The notes: generated by a model from the letters alone, not told the origin. A stretch of DNA of 63,985 bases, filler included, from Reclinomonas americana ATCC 50394 (GCA_048213135.1; 6 parts of 3 records of this genome joined end to end with filler, not necessarily neighbours in it), one strand, 5' to 3'. Counted from the whole stretch's first letter, positions 1 to 17,098 are shown. A program made the numbers and translations.

Positions 1-929
1 TTGCAGTGGTGTGTGGGTGTAGCATGTCTGTGCCTCCAGCCATGGTGGACAACTACTTATCTCGTGGTGTGCAGCTGGAGTTCATCACGAGACCAGTGGT
101 GTTCCGGCGATCGATGCCGCGTGCATCGCCACGTCGCTCGCCGCACTCGGGGCTTCCACCGTTGCCGCCATCGGCACGGTCGCCGTCGCCGCGCTCCGNN
201 NNNNNNNNNNNNNNNNNNNNNNNNNNNNNNNNNNNNNNNNNNNNNNNNNNNNNNNNNNNNNNNNNNNNNNNNNNNNNNNNNNNNNNNNNNNNNNNNNNNN
301 NNNNNNNNNNNNNNNNNNNNNNNNNNNNNNNNNNNNNNNNNNNNNNNNNNNNNNNNNNNNNNNNNNNNNNNNNNNNNNNNNNNNNNNNNNNNNNNNNNNN
401 NNNNNNNNNNNNNNNNNNNNNNNNNNNNNNNNNNNNNNNNNNNNNNNNNNNNNNNNNNNNNNNNNNNNNNNNNNNNNNNNNNNNNNNNNNNNNNNNNNNN
501 NNNNNNNNNNNNNNNNNNNNNNNNNNNNNNNNNNNNNNNNNNNNNNNNNNNNNNNNNNNNNNNNNNNNNNNNNNNNNNNNNNNNNNNNNNNNNNNNNNNN
601 NNNNNNNNNNNNNNNNNNNNNNNNNNNNNNNNNNNNNNNNNNNNNNNNNNNNNNNNNNNNNNNNNNNNNNNNNNNNNNNNNNNNNNNNNNNNNNNNNNNN
701 NNNNNNNNNNNNNNNNNNNNNNNNNNNNNNNNNNNNNNNNNNNNNNNNNNNNNNNNNNNNNNNNNNNNNNNNNNNNNNNNNNNNNNNNNNNNNNNNNNNN
801 NNNNNNNNNNNNNNNNNNNNNNNNNNNNNNNNNNNNNNNNNNNNNNNNNNNNNNNNNNNNNNNNNNNNNNNNNNNNNNNNNNNNNNNNNNNNNNNNNNNN
901 NNNNNNNNNNNNNNNNNNNNNNNNNNNNT

Positions 930-1325
930 CACTCTTCACGCAGTCCACTGTGGATAACATTGTGATTCCGATGAGCTCTGTGGCCGCCTCTGTCATGTCG
1001 CCAATGAGTGTGAGCAGTGTGGACGAGTCGCTGTCGACGCCTCGTGCGCTGGAGTTCATCAGTGAGGCGCTGTGTCATGATGTGGCCACGTTTTGTGATG
1101 ATTCTGTGCTGGTCACTGTGTACCACGTGGTGCGCTCTTCTCCTCTCCTCCCCCCATCATCCTGTCTCTCTTTGCTCATATGTGCGACATAGAGTGTGGG
1201 TCGCACGCCGGTGCGGCTGGCGGATAGAGTGGTGGAGCTGAGTGAGTACTTTTCACTGGTGGCGCCACCGGAGCCCGTCACCAGTCGATGCACGATTGCA
1301 CTCAAGGGCGACAGCATCGATTGCA
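930..1325 (+). CDS. Fragmentary spliced exons of an unknown protein, between N gaps
   Basis: Open frames (..SSVDESLSTPRALEFISEALCHDVATF.. and ..RVVELSEYFSLVAPPEPVTSRCTIALKGDSIDC) are separated by a pyrimidine-rich GT..AG intron. No family recognised. Confidence 0.35.
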
Positions 1326-1727
1326 NNNNNNNNNNNNNNNNNNNNNNNNNNNNNNNNNNNNNNNNNNNNNNNNNNNNNNNNNNNNNNNNNNNNNNNNNNN
1401 NNNNNNNNNNNNNNNNNNNNNNNNNNNNNNNNNNNNNNNNNNNNNNNNNNNNNNGAGAATGCATGCGACTGTGTGTCTGTGTGTCTGTGTGTGCATGTCA
1501 CCTCCTCTCCATCGGCATTGGTGGGTGAGAGGGGAATAGGCGCGCCTGGGCGACGCAGGCGCAGAGAGAGGAGCAGCTGAGGAGCACCAGAGGTGGCCGC
1601 ACTCACTGGTGACATGCCATGCAACTGCACACACATGCACGAGTGTCAGTGAGAGAAAGAGCAGTGTGTGTGTGTGTAAGACAGAGAGACACACACCACA
1701 TCGACACCTCGCACTTCTGCCACGCGA

Positions 1728-3457
1728 ATGGTGAAGCGCGTGGCGATCATGAGATATCGGAGAAGTCAAGGTTTTGTGACAATCTACTCGCGTTTTCCTC
1801 TCGTGTTTGTTGCCAATGGAGACAGGTGGATCACCCACATCGCCCACTTCGCGAGGGCGATTGTCTGTGGAAGATGGCTGGAAGGTCTCTCTCTCACACA
1901 CACACACTCTCTGTCTTTGTGTGTGTGTGTTTGACATGCAGTTTGCGCAGGTTGTTCCTCGCGTTGATTCTCCTCCTGCTGCTGCTGCTGGAGGTGAGTG
2001 TGCGCTCGTGACAGAGAGTGTGTGTGTGTTTGCTTATACGCATGCGCAGGGAGTCCACCTGGCGCGGCCTCTGTCGGTCTGTGCGTCTCTCTGTCGCTCA
2101 CATTGTGTCTTGTGTCACTCACCACTGTCGCTGCACAGCTGCCTTCACCACACCATCACCGCGTGTGTCTCGTGCCACGTCACCTCGTTGCGTGGGCACG
2201 CACGCACTTGCTCTCTCTCTCACGCGCTCATGCTCACGTTGTGTGCAGGGTCGAGAACCAGCAGCACATCGCCTCTTCGTGCGTCTCCTAGTGTGCAGTC
2301 AACTGTACGCAAACGTAGAGTTGTCTGATCGCGTGTTGCAGGCGCACTTCCGCAGTCGCTGTACGACTCTGACGCGCAGTTGTGGACCGAGAAGAAGAAG
2401 CTGCAAGTGTTGTCGGAATGGTTCATTTTGGCGAGACTGTGTCTTCCCAATGTTGCTGCTGACTGTTGTTGCTCTCGCAGCTACAATGCACTGTGGGATC
2501 GCTCTATGGAGGTCGAGAAGCGCTTGGCGGAGATGGATAAGCGCAACAGGAGCGTGGATCAGCAGGAGGCCGTCATTCAGCAGCGCATCGATCGCCTGGT
2601 GTCGTCGTTGCGGCAGCAGGAGTCGGTATTTGAGCGGACCAAGACGGCGTATGCCAAGTCGGTGGTGTGTTGTTGTGTGTACGCGAGTCTCTCTTTTTTG
2701 TCGCGTGGAGGCTGAGCTGTGGCGGCAGGCGGAGGCCGAATTCAGCGCTCGTCTGCACGCCTGTTTGCAGGAGACGCTATTGACGGAGGAGAGCCGGTTG
2801 ACGGCGGCCACGCAGCGGACGCAGGCGGTGGCGCGGCAGCTGGAAAGCGTGCAGCAACAGCAGGCCGCACAGCAGGAGCGAGAGCCGACGGTTAGCATCC
2901 AGCAGGCGGGACAGGTGGGCGCAACACGTGTGTTTAGCGGTGGCTGGCAGAGAACGGTAGTAGCTCACGTGTGTTCAGATGCGCGTGCATGTGGCGTTGC
3001 GCGAGTGCGCGTCGGCTGCGGAATCCGACTGCCTGCGATTGGCGAGGACTGCTGGTGCGTTCGATTTCGTTCCTCTCTACTTCCGCTCTTGCGTGTCTCA
3101 TGTGGGCGCACAGACGACGCGCTGCAGGCGCTGTCCGGAACGCTGTCCGAGTGCTCGGCTCTCGCCTCTGCCGCTCGCTTCCGCGCCCAACAGCAGCTGG
3201 ACGCGGCGCAGTCGTTCGCCCACGTGGAGCTGCAGGCCACGAATGCCGCACGGCTGGACGACCTGTGCGAGGCCATGGACCATTCGGAAACGGTTTGTGT
3301 CGGACGCAATGCGTGTACGTGTTTTTGATTCTCATCATGTCTGCGTACACAGTCGCTGGAGGAGTGCGTGTCACGGATGCAGCACTTGTGTACGCTCATC
3401 CAGGCGTGGGACGAGCGATCGGCGTCGCTGCTGAGACTCTCCTCTGCCGCCACATGA
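1728..3457 (+). CDS. Multi-exon coiled-coil protein of unknown family (start uncertain)
   Basis: GT-AG exons join in frame (..QLWTEKKKLQVLSEC/YNALWDRSMEVEKRLAEMDKR..; AELWRQAEAEFSARLHACLQE..; ..DERSASLLRLSSAAT*), ending at TGA 3455-3457. Composition is heptad-rich and helical. Confidence 0.55.
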
Positions 3458-3574
3458 GCGAGTGTACCAATATTCGCTGGAAGAAGATTCGCGTCGGTCC
3501 TGCAATTGGATTCAAAATCGCATCTCTTTGCTTTTTTCACTCACCCGTCGCGAGAGGAGAGGAGTGGTGAGAGA

Positions 3575-5714
3575 ATGGCTTCACACGCAGTTCCGCTGAC
3601 CATCGAAGGCCTCGAATCCATTGCGCGATCGCACTGCCGACCCGCACACTCGCAGTGGACGATCGTCGGCAGAATCGGGTTCTCTCCGAAGACCGATGCT
3701 CCCTTGCTCACTCGCGATGGTCGCCGTGAGCGATTCGTCATCACGGTGAACGACAAGACGGTGAGTCACGCTGTGGTGGGAATGCATGAATGCCGCGCGA
3801 TCTGATGCGCAGCATTGCAGGGTTCTGTGGAGGTACTCGCGTTTCAGAATGCGAGACAGCGTGGTCCAGCGTCGGAACTTTTTACGCGAACGCATCGCGA
3901 CCTTGTAGAGGGTACGCTGGTGCGAATCACTGGCGCATTCACTGGCGGACCGGCGAACAGGGCGCAGTTGCAGTACAATCCCGACTTCGGAACCTCGATT
4001 TACTTGCATGCGGCGTCCGACGTGCAAGTGTTGGAGGTTTGTACGTGCCGACGACGATCCATCGAGTGGTGGCTGACGACACAACATGTACATGCAGCCG
4101 TCGGAGGTGCAAAAGTACGAGAAAGTGGCTGTCACTCATGAGGTGCACGAACCGCGAGTTCCGCTCCGCTCGATTTGTCGGGCGCCGCTGGAGCAGCTCA
4201 CAAAGCCGTCGATCGTGGCGTACGCCGGGGTCATCATCGACATGGACAAGGAAGGGGAGAAGCATGCGCACCTGCGCAATGTCGTGATCGCAGAGCCTGA
4301 CGAGCAGCTCAATGTCCGCACTTGTGATGCCGACGCGTTGCTGTCCGCAGCACGAAAAGTAAGCACTGATAATGCCAGCGCTGAGAGAAACTGTTGTTGG
4401 GCCCGGGAGCACTGAAACGCACGTGAAACTGTGTCGCAGGTGAGGCTGCTCGTGTGGGACCAGCCGTGGCCGTACAAGCTGGGAGACGTGTTTTGTGTCT
4501 CTCGAGTCACGATTCACACCGAGGGGTACGGTGCCACGGCGACGATCAACGTGCCCGAATCATCGCCGATCGCCGAGATTCCTCACGACGACGAACAGGC
4601 GGCCAAGTACACCTTGTGGTGGAACAGACTCTGCGAGACGTTCCCGCCGCCGCAGGAAGGGGGACTCGGCACACCGGTGCACATGCCGTACGACGTGGCA
4701 ACGGTGTTTTCGATGATTCGCGATATCCGTCTCGGCGACGCGTCCGAGCCAGCGACGCCGACGGGCTCGCAGGATCACGACGATGTGCGTACAGTTGCAA
4801 GCGTCACCGCAGCCGCGCCGAGTTCGCCCAGTTCCACTGACATCGACATCCCACGCTCACACCACATTGTGAAGAATTCGAAGCGCGTCAGCCTGCACCA
4901 GCTGCAGCGACTGGCGGCGGAGGAGATGACGCTGGCGGTGGCAAGGGAGAAGATAATTGCAGCTGGCAGCGGAGGAGTAGAAGCGCCACCGCTCTTTGCG
5001 GTCGCGGCGATTGTGGACGTCACCAATATCACGTTTGTTCCGAGCTGCGAGTTTTGCTCGCTGCCAGTGGAGGAACTGGCCAGCTCGCGTCGCCACAGCC
5101 ACGTCCTGGACGATGCCGACGAGAGCAGTATCGTTTACCACTGCAAGAGATGCAACAGGGACCAGCATTCGCCACCAGCAAGGTATGTGCTGGAAGAGGG
5201 CTCTTCTTGCTTGCAGAGTGTTGGCTCATATCGTACAAAATGCAGAGTGATGCTGGACGCCCATTTGGAGGACGCATCCATCTCTCCTCGGCGCCAGATA
5301 GCGCACTTGGATTGCGGCATGACAGAGCACTTGTTCCGTGCCTGCTTTGCGCCTCGCGCCGGCACCACCGCCACCGAGCAATTCAACAATCTCGTGAGCG
5401 ACAAGACACAGCAGGTCTGGCGCTCGATCGCGTGCGCGGTGCGAGAGGTCTTTTCTGATCTCGATGTGTCGCAGAATGGGGGCGTGTTCTCGAGGGCCGT
5501 GCACGAACTGTGCAGTCCATTGCTGTACGGCCGCCGCTGGTTCAAATTCGGCTTTGCGTATCCGGCGGTGGCGCACGACATCTTGGACGATGCACGACAC
5601 GAGCTGTGGCGAGTGACCAGCCTAGAGGAGTGCGACGTACCAGCGTGGACCAAGCCAGAGTACTTGTCCCGGTTGCAAGCGTTGGCGCCGGTTGACCATG
5701 GCCATGAGCGATAA
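3575..5714 (+). CDS. Divergent RPA1/MEIOB-like multi-OB-fold ssDNA-binding protein with C4 zinc ribbon
   Basis: Spliced exons give OB-like segments (ERFVITVNDKT/GSVEVLAF..LVEGTLVRITG; AYAGVIIDM..LRNVVIAE../VRLLVWD..GDVFCVSRV). A C-terminal CEFC...CKRC zinc ribbon is followed by RVMLDAHLED, the layout of RPA1 DBD-C. Confidence 0.6.
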
Positions 5715-6583
5715 CAACGACGTCGACGCTCAAGCTGCATGGTTCGCTATTTTTACTGATTCGCTTACACAATGACACGGCGAGGGATCGAATGAACAAA
5801 TGCACACAAGAATCATGGCAAGTGAGCGTCGGAAATGCACGGGCGCAGCCAGGCAGCATAAAAGCATTCGATATTCGGAAGCCCTCAATTTCGCAATTTG
5901 AACCGCCCTCCAATAAAGGCAAAGAGCCCGCTGCGCCCCACACCATGACTTCCATAAGTACACCGTCGACGACACCCACGCGGATGAGCACCTGCGGTGC
6001 GACATGCAAAGGATGAAACCCCGCAGCGCTACTGGCAGAGTGGAAGCGCATGCGCGCCGCAGCGCATGCGTGCAGCGCTGGATGGTTCACTCAGCAGGAG
6101 GTGGTGCACCACACACACCTCGCACCTGTAGTAGCGCTAGCTGTCTTGCTCGTGTACAAGCGACTCCGTACGCGGCGCAGCGCGCGGAAACGAACTCGAT
6201 CGCGATCGCGCTCGAGTCATGGGATCCGGACACACTCTCCGCAGACTCGCGGCTTTGCGAGCTCGAGACAAGCACCACGTTCCTGCCTTGCCTCAGCTAG
6301 TGAAGCAGACAGTGACAGAGGTGGCGATGATCGTACGCACGGTTTGCGAATACCAACCACCCGCATGCGCATGCGGCCGCGGATTCGCAGCGCAGCAGCA
6401 GCGCGCCAAATTCTGTGCATTTTGTGCGCATATTATTTTTCTGCATATTCAGAACACGCGCAGCGCGTCCCCCTCTGTGTTCTAGCTCGCACGCACATCA
6501 CGCAAAACGCAGCCCAACAAGTGCTCCGCAACATCATGTCACGTGCACGCGCAACGCACGCGCGCGCAAAGCTGAACATACTC

Positions 6584-10400
<3,817 letters not shown>

Positions 10401-10418
10401 CATGCTGTTACCTGGAAC

Positions 10419-10420
<2 letters not shown>

Positions 10421-10466
<46 letters not shown>

Positions 10467-10481
10467 CTCTCACTCACTACA

Positions 10482-10557
<76 letters not shown>
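10421..10557. repeat. (CT)n/(CA)n compound microsatellite
   Basis: Seen directly at a contig end. Confidence 0.9.
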
Positions 10558-10559
<2 letters not shown>

Positions 10560-10604
10560 CNNNNNNNNNNNNNNNNNNNNNNNNNNNNNNNNNNNNNNNN
10601 NNNN

Positions 10605-10616
10605 TTAATTAATTAA
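10605..10616. other. Artificial contig spacer TTAATTAATTAA (also at 27962-27973, 56458-56469, 60832-60843, 62215-62226)
   Basis: The same 12-mer, with stops in all six frames, sits centred in ~100-nt N blocks five times. Confidence 0.95.
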
Positions 10617-10756
10617 NNNNNNNNNNNNNNNNNNNNNNNNNNNNNNNNNNNNNNNNNNNNCGTACGTACCGTACTACTACGTACGTACGTACGACGACCG
10701 ACGGTACCGGTACGGTACGTACGTACTACGTACGTACGTACGTACGTACGTACGTA

Positions 10757-10878
<122 letters not shown>

Positions 10879-11512
10879 CTTGCAGCGGCTGGTTTCTCTG
10901 TTTTCTTGGTGCATTCTTGTTTCGTCTTTGTTGTGACTGGCTTGATGGCCCTCATTTTTTCCGTCATTGCCAAGCAGAGCAGCAGGGTTTCGGAGGGTTT
11001 CCCTGCTTCTATTTGCAGCGTAGCAAATGAATTCATTCTCTTTGCTCGACTGAGAAAACAACTTTTCCCGCGGATCAATGCATCACTGTCTTTTCGCATT
11101 TCCGATGTGTTTCTCCGTGAACCGAAGGTTGAAACTCACACACCACACCACGCACCTGCACGTCAGCAGTGCACGTTGGTACGATACGTACGCGTGGCAG
11201 TCGGCGTCGAAATTCATCAATGCGTGTCCGGTTTCTTTTGTTTTATTGCTTGCAGCATTGATCGACGCGCGCGCAACGACGGTCGTGGCGGTTCACGCCC
11301 GCGCTTCGTCGTGACCACACTCATTCATCATCCTCGTGCAGCTCGCTCTCAACCGCTCGCCCTTTGTCTCGCTGTCACTCACACACTGCACGCACGCGCG
11401 TGCACACCAGTGCATTGTCGTGAAATCATCTCTGTTTCCCTCCCTTGCCCTGTGCTTGCTGTGTGCATAAAACTAGACACACGAGAGAGTGCGTGTGTGT
11501 GTGAGAGAGAGC

Positions 11513-13409
11513 ATGCGACCCTTGATTCATGCCATCCGCTTGCGATGGAATCGGTGTGCGCGCGCTTTTCTGTCTCTCTCTCGTTGTCTCTCTGCTCTCT
11601 CACGCTCTAACATAACAACAGTCGCCCTCTGACGACTCTCTTCGCATTGTGTCTGACGACTGCAATGGCCACTGCGCTCATGCTGCTTCTCCTCTCGTCC
11701 TCCTCGAGTGGAGTTGCGCTGATGGGTCCTGGCAGATCGACCTCGACGACTTCTCCTCTGTCGTCGTCGTCTTCTGCCACTGCATCTGTGACCCCGCGTG
11801 TGCCAGCTGCGTCCTCTTTGCTCATGTCATCATCGCACGTGGCCTCGCAATCGCCGGCTGCCTTTGCTGCAAAACCCGCCCTGACCGATCGTCTGCGTGA
11901 TTTCGCTGCTGGTCTCCTACAGCCGCACATTTACTTGCCTCGAGGTTTGCGTTCTGTCTTTCTTTCTTTCTTTCCTTCTCGCAGTGCACTGCTTGTGCTT
12001 GGTCGCAGTGAGTCGCTGCGTGTTTGCGTGCGCACACCCTGACTCGATCCGACCTTTTGCAGTGCTGCTGCCGTATGAGACCCAGGAGCGACTTGGCGCT
12101 TTGTTGACGCAGTTCGATGGACCTTTGCCGCGGCCGCTGCTGTTTACCGAGTTCTCTGGGGCCTTTACGGACTTTCTGGATAACTGGATGTGCTCGGTGC
12201 TCAAGTACAAGGTGCACGAGTCGTTTGGCGTCGTGATTCTCGCGTGGAGTGCCGAGGCGGCCGAGCACGCCATGAAGTTGTATTCTGCGTCCGGTCGTAT
12301 CGCCGTCTTTTACGATCCCTCTTGGTTTGCGCTCCTTCCCCGATGGCTTGGCGAGCCGGTGTGTCTGTGTGTCTTTCTCACCCACGTGGCACGCAGGTTC
12401 AACATGGATGAGAAGGCCGCCAGTTTCGACACGCCCGTGTACAACCAGTCGCTTCGAGCCCGCGATCCGCTGTTCATGTACGCGGTTCGTCTCCTCGCTC
12501 TTGTCTCGCATCCTCGACTCCCCGTTCACCTGTTGTGCGCAGCTGAAGCGCGGACACCCCGTGATGCATGCCGACGCCGACACCACCTTCACCACGCCAA
12601 TGAGCTTGTTCCCCGACGTGCGACAGTGCGACATTGCGTTTGCGATCGACGACGAGTTCGGCTTTGGCGATCAACTGACCCACGAAGAAATCGACTTTTC
12701 GATGCGGAAGCCATGTTGCGTGCTCACTCTCTCTTGCATCGACTCGCGTGCCGTGCCTGACCAACAACGATGCAGATATGGTGAATGGCGGCTCTTGGTT
12801 TGCTTCACCGACCACACGCACCATCGAGTTCTTCGACTTGTGGATTCGTCTGAGTGGTCAGGCACCAATGGCCAACGACCAAGTGTCGCTGCGAGGTTGG
12901 TTCTTTTTTGTCCCCTTTTCCTGCTCTCTTCTGTTTCACTCGTCACTGACGCTGTGCACAGAGGCGCTGAAGCCTGCCAAGTATCGAGGAATGGCCGATC
13001 TGAGACCATTCGCCGACGGGCAGCAGCTGTACCGCGACCTGCAGGCCGACATGGACACGGTGGCTGGCGAGACCACCTTTCAGATGTGTTGTTTGCCCGC
13101 GCTGCAGTTTCCCAGTGGTGCGTTAGTGAGAGAGACAGGTGCGAGCGACAACCGCTGCTGCGTGTACGTCTGAATCTCGTCGCATGCACAGGCCACTTCC
13201 TCTTCCGCTTCACGGAACAGTTCAATCAATTCGGCGGCCCGCAGGCCGCACTCCTTTACCACTTCAATTTTGTCAGATCGCACCAGGAGAAGCTCCAACG
13301 TGTTAAGGAGCTGTTCCCGGAGCAATGGTTGTTGGAGTATGAGCCGCAGACGTGCAAGCGACTAATCGTCGAGTTGCATGCGGCGGCGAGAAAACAACAT
13401 CGTAAGTGA
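11513..13409 (+). CDS. Type II membrane nucleotide-diphospho-sugar transferase (GT77-like), paralog A
   Basis: N-terminal anchor (TTLFALCLTTAMATALMLLLLSS) and Ser-rich stem. Motifs FLDNWMCS, LKRGHPVMHADADTTF (DxD), MVNGGSWF..TIEFFDLW..NDQ, LPALQFPSG and YHFNF..EKLQRVKE. TGA at 13407-13409. Confidence 0.75.
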
Positions 13410-13451
13410 ACTTTAATAGATGCACAACCCTTCTTGTGCTCTCCCCCTTCG

Positions 13452-13985
13452 TTATGCTGGTGTCACCAGCCGTAACCTCCGTTCTTCGCACTGATCGCGC
13501 TCCGATTCAACGAGCCACAGTTCGGGGTACTGTGTGTGTGTACGTGTGTGAGCAACCGACTTCGCGCACGACACGCAGCGGCGCACAATAGCTCACCATC
13601 TCGCGCACTTTGTTGATCTTCTCGTCGTGCGACTTGAGAAAGTTCCAGTGCGCGGCGTCGACCTGCGCCAAGTTCTTGCTGTACTTTATCAGATCTTCGC
13701 GCTTGCGGAAGAGGAACCATCCTGGACGCGAGGCAGAAATTGATTGAGAAACAGTAGTGTGTGCACATCAGCAATCTCCTCACCGCTCGGGTAGCGAATC
13801 ACATTGAGTGTGCACACGCGCAGCTCCGTGTCCCCGGTGAACGTGGGCAGCGAGGCGCTGCGCAGATGCTGTGCGGCCCAGTGATGGCGATCGCGAATCT
13901 CGACGGGTGTGGCGTCGCCCATGTAGGTCGTGGCCTTCAACACCTCTGCGATGCGCGGGTTTAGCGAGCTTGAAGATGCAGTGGC

Positions 13986-14019
<34 letters not shown>

Positions 14020-15246
14020 CCTTGCATGGCGACTTGGTCGTTGCGATCCTGAAACTCACGAGAATCATTCGCTCGAATCCACTCCTCCATGAAGCGCTCG
14101 GTGCGGGCATTGGATATCGCGAACCACGTCCCGCAGTTGAACATGGCTGCAGTAAGGGTGAGTGAGTGTCCCCACATGGGAGGACTCAACGGCAGTGGCA
14201 TGAGTTGCGAGCGCAACTCGGAGGCGAAAACGAAAAGTCGAAATCCTCTCGCACACCCGACCCGTGCTCCTCGTCGATCGCAAACGCCACGTCGCACTGA
14301 TCCATGTCGGGAAAGTAGCGCACCGGCTTCACAAACGTCACATCGGCATCGGTGTGGAACACGGCGTATCCACGACGGATCTGCACGGCACGGGGGAGTG
14401 AGTGAGAGACAGACGATCGAAAAGTGTCGCAAGGCGATCAACCACCACACCATGTGCAACAGCAGCGGCTCACGCGACTTGCCGGCGGCGTTGTAGCGCT
14501 TCGTGTCAAACGTGTGCACCTCCTCGTCCATGTCGAACCAGTCAAAGTCGTAAAACACTGCCAGACGCCCCAAAGACGAGTATCTAGAGAGCGAAACAAG
14601 AACAAAGGTGAGCGGGAATGAGAAGGAGGCATGCAACGACATGAGCCGAGAACCGTGCAGCAAAGGTCTCGGCGGTGGCACGCGTGGTCACCAGCACGAC
14701 AATGCCAAACGTCTTGTCCATCTCGTGCTTGAGCACCGAGCACAGCCTGCACTGCGTCATGAACGATGATGCGAACACATTGTTGGTAGACTACTCACTC
14801 ACCAGTTCTCCAGGAAATCCTGAAAGGCCGCCGAGCCATCGACCACAAGCAGAGGAGAATGCCGCGGAAACTGACTCAGAATGCGATCCAAGTGCTCCAC
14901 CACCGTCGCCGGAAGATCCACCGGGAACGATACTGCAAATCTGCGATCAGCAAGGTGCAAGGAGGGATGACACGTGGGCCCGCTCCGGCACTCAACATCT
15001 CTCATCGCCACGCACTGGTGGCGACGTCGGCACCTTGCCTCTCACTCGCGTCACCCAACGTCGCGCCGCCTGCACCTCTCTCGCCACCAGACCATCACTG
15101 TCCTTCTCCGCAGCTGTCGACGATGCACTGCCTCCATTGCCGCTGAACAGCAGCACAAAGAGCACAACCAGTGCCAGAAGCACAATGGCCACCAGTGTGC
15201 AACATGCGCGTCGGCATGGGCGAGACGCACCACTGCTCACTAGCAT
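13452..15246 (-). CDS. Type II membrane nucleotide-diphospho-sugar transferase (GT77-like), paralog B
   Basis: TM segment CCTLVAIVLLALVVLFVLLF. Motifs FQDFLENW, IRRGYAVFHTDADVTF (DxD), MFNCGTWF..TERFMEEW..NDQ, RYPSG and HWNFLKSHDEKINKVRE. Last exon YPELWLVE..VTPA* ends at 13452. Confidence 0.75.
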
Positions 15247-15308
15247 CTGTGGTGAGGGGTTCGGATTTTCACGTTTTTCGCGCCCACTCTCTTTTTTTCG
15301 TTGGCGAG

Positions 15309-17098
15309 ATGGCATCATCATCGTCGTCATCAGTGGAAGACTGCTCATTGGAGTGGCTTCCACTGGAAGGCAATGGCGACAAGCGCGTGCCTGCTGTTGC
15401 GTGCCTTGCTTGCACAGTGGTTACACCACACTGAACTGATCGTCGTATCGTTGTAGACACTGGTCAGTGTGAAGCAACTGCAGGCGGCGCATCGTCGCGC
15501 AGAGAGGCAAGTGGGGGCGAAGCATGCGACCACGCTGCACCACATGCTGCACTGGTTGTGGGAGGCTGTGCGCGTGCAGGAGACCATCGAGTCGGCGGTG
15601 CAGCTGCGCGATCTGTACCGCGCGCAGTGTGCGTGTGAGCAGGTGGGTGCGATGCATGCGGATGCGCTGCGCACGAGGTACTTGCAGGCGTGGTTGATGG
15701 TGCTGGAGCGGCGCTTTGATGAGGCGCGCAAGGAGCTGCGTGAGCTGTATGCGGCGCAGAGGCGGCGACTGGGCGCGCTGCATGCGGACACACTGCGCAC
15801 ACTGTGCTTGGTGACTGCGGTGATCATCTTTGGCGATCTGGACTACAAGACTGCGCGACGACTGGTTGATCGCCTGGAGCGCACGGTGCGAGTGCGTGTG
15901 GAAGATGATCTGCGCAGCTTGCTCGTTGCTGAGAGAGAGTGAGTTGTCTTTGGCGCAGGTTCGCGACTTGTTTGGGGAGCAGTGTACGCTCTTTGCCGAT
16001 GTGGCGTACTATGCGGGCTGCGTGGCGGAGCACGAGCGGAGCTTTGGCGAGGCGCGCTCGCTCTTCTCGCTCTCAATGGCCGTGTACTCGCGGCTTTGTG
16101 GCGACGCGCATCCGGCCACGTGGCGGTGCCGTCTGCGCATGGCGTCCATGGCGTTTCAGGAGGTGGGTGACGGAGAGGGAGAGAGATCGCCTGTGGAGTT
16201 AGCACTCACATGGCTTGCAGGAGAACACGGCCGTCGCCGACTCGCTGTACGCCGACTTGCTTCGCCAGTCGGAGATTGCGGCGTCGTCGCACCCCGATCG
16301 GTGTGTGCCTGCCTCTCTGCCACCTCTGGCTGCGTCGATTGCTGACTGGCGGCGTGCGCAGGGTGGCCATTCGGCAGTCTGCCGCCGCCTTTGTGTCGCA
16401 GGTGCATGCGCAGATCGACGTGGCCGACGGGTACATTCGGGAAAACATCACCGCGTGCACCGGCACATACGGCGACGAGCACCCACTCACGCTCTCGTCG
16501 CTCTCCAATCGAGCCATGCTGTGCATGGTGGCCGGCGACAATGATGGGTCGCGCGAGATCCTGCTCAACCTGCTCCGCGTGCAAGACGCCGTGCTGGGAT
16601 CCGATGTTGCGCGCATGGACGATTCGTGAAAAATATGACGGTCGCGATTACTCATCGCCCTTTTCGCCACAGCACCGTGACACACAACTGACGCTATTCC
16701 GCCTCATGACGATTGCTCGTGAGCGCGGCGACAAGCGCGATGCCGAAGAGTACCTGGGACGTATTCGGGCCAACGCCGAGGCCATGGAAGACCGCATGTC
16801 GCGCAGCCGGCAGGTGGCCCTCAAAGCCGCCAAGGAGTCGGGCATGCCGTGCCTGTTCCCGCCGCAGGTGGACCGGCTGTTCAGCACCGAGGAGCGGGAT
16901 GGCGGTGACGATGACGAGGAGGGACTGGAGCATGGCCACGGTGAGGATGGCGACTGCGCGACGTGTGCACGCACCAAGCCCAACATGGCCAATCGGTCGC
17001 TGGCTGGCCGTCTGATCACCATTGGCTTCCTGCCACTCATTCTCGTGGTGCTCGCCGTGCTGTTCCGCAAGTACTGGTTGCCCAACTCCTTGATGTGA
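15309..17098 (+). CDS. Kinesin-light-chain-type TPR repeat protein with C-terminal transmembrane anchor
   Basis: Repeats of the type LGxxHxxTLxxL (VGAKHATTL, LGALHADTL, CGDAHPAT, YGDEHPLTLSSLSNRA). C-terminal LITIGFLPLILVVLAVLFRK. Confidence 0.65.

Noticed and set aside
5720-6580. Short ORFs between the OB-fold gene and the mosaic protein gene
   Set aside because: No convincing spliced model or recognisable domain.
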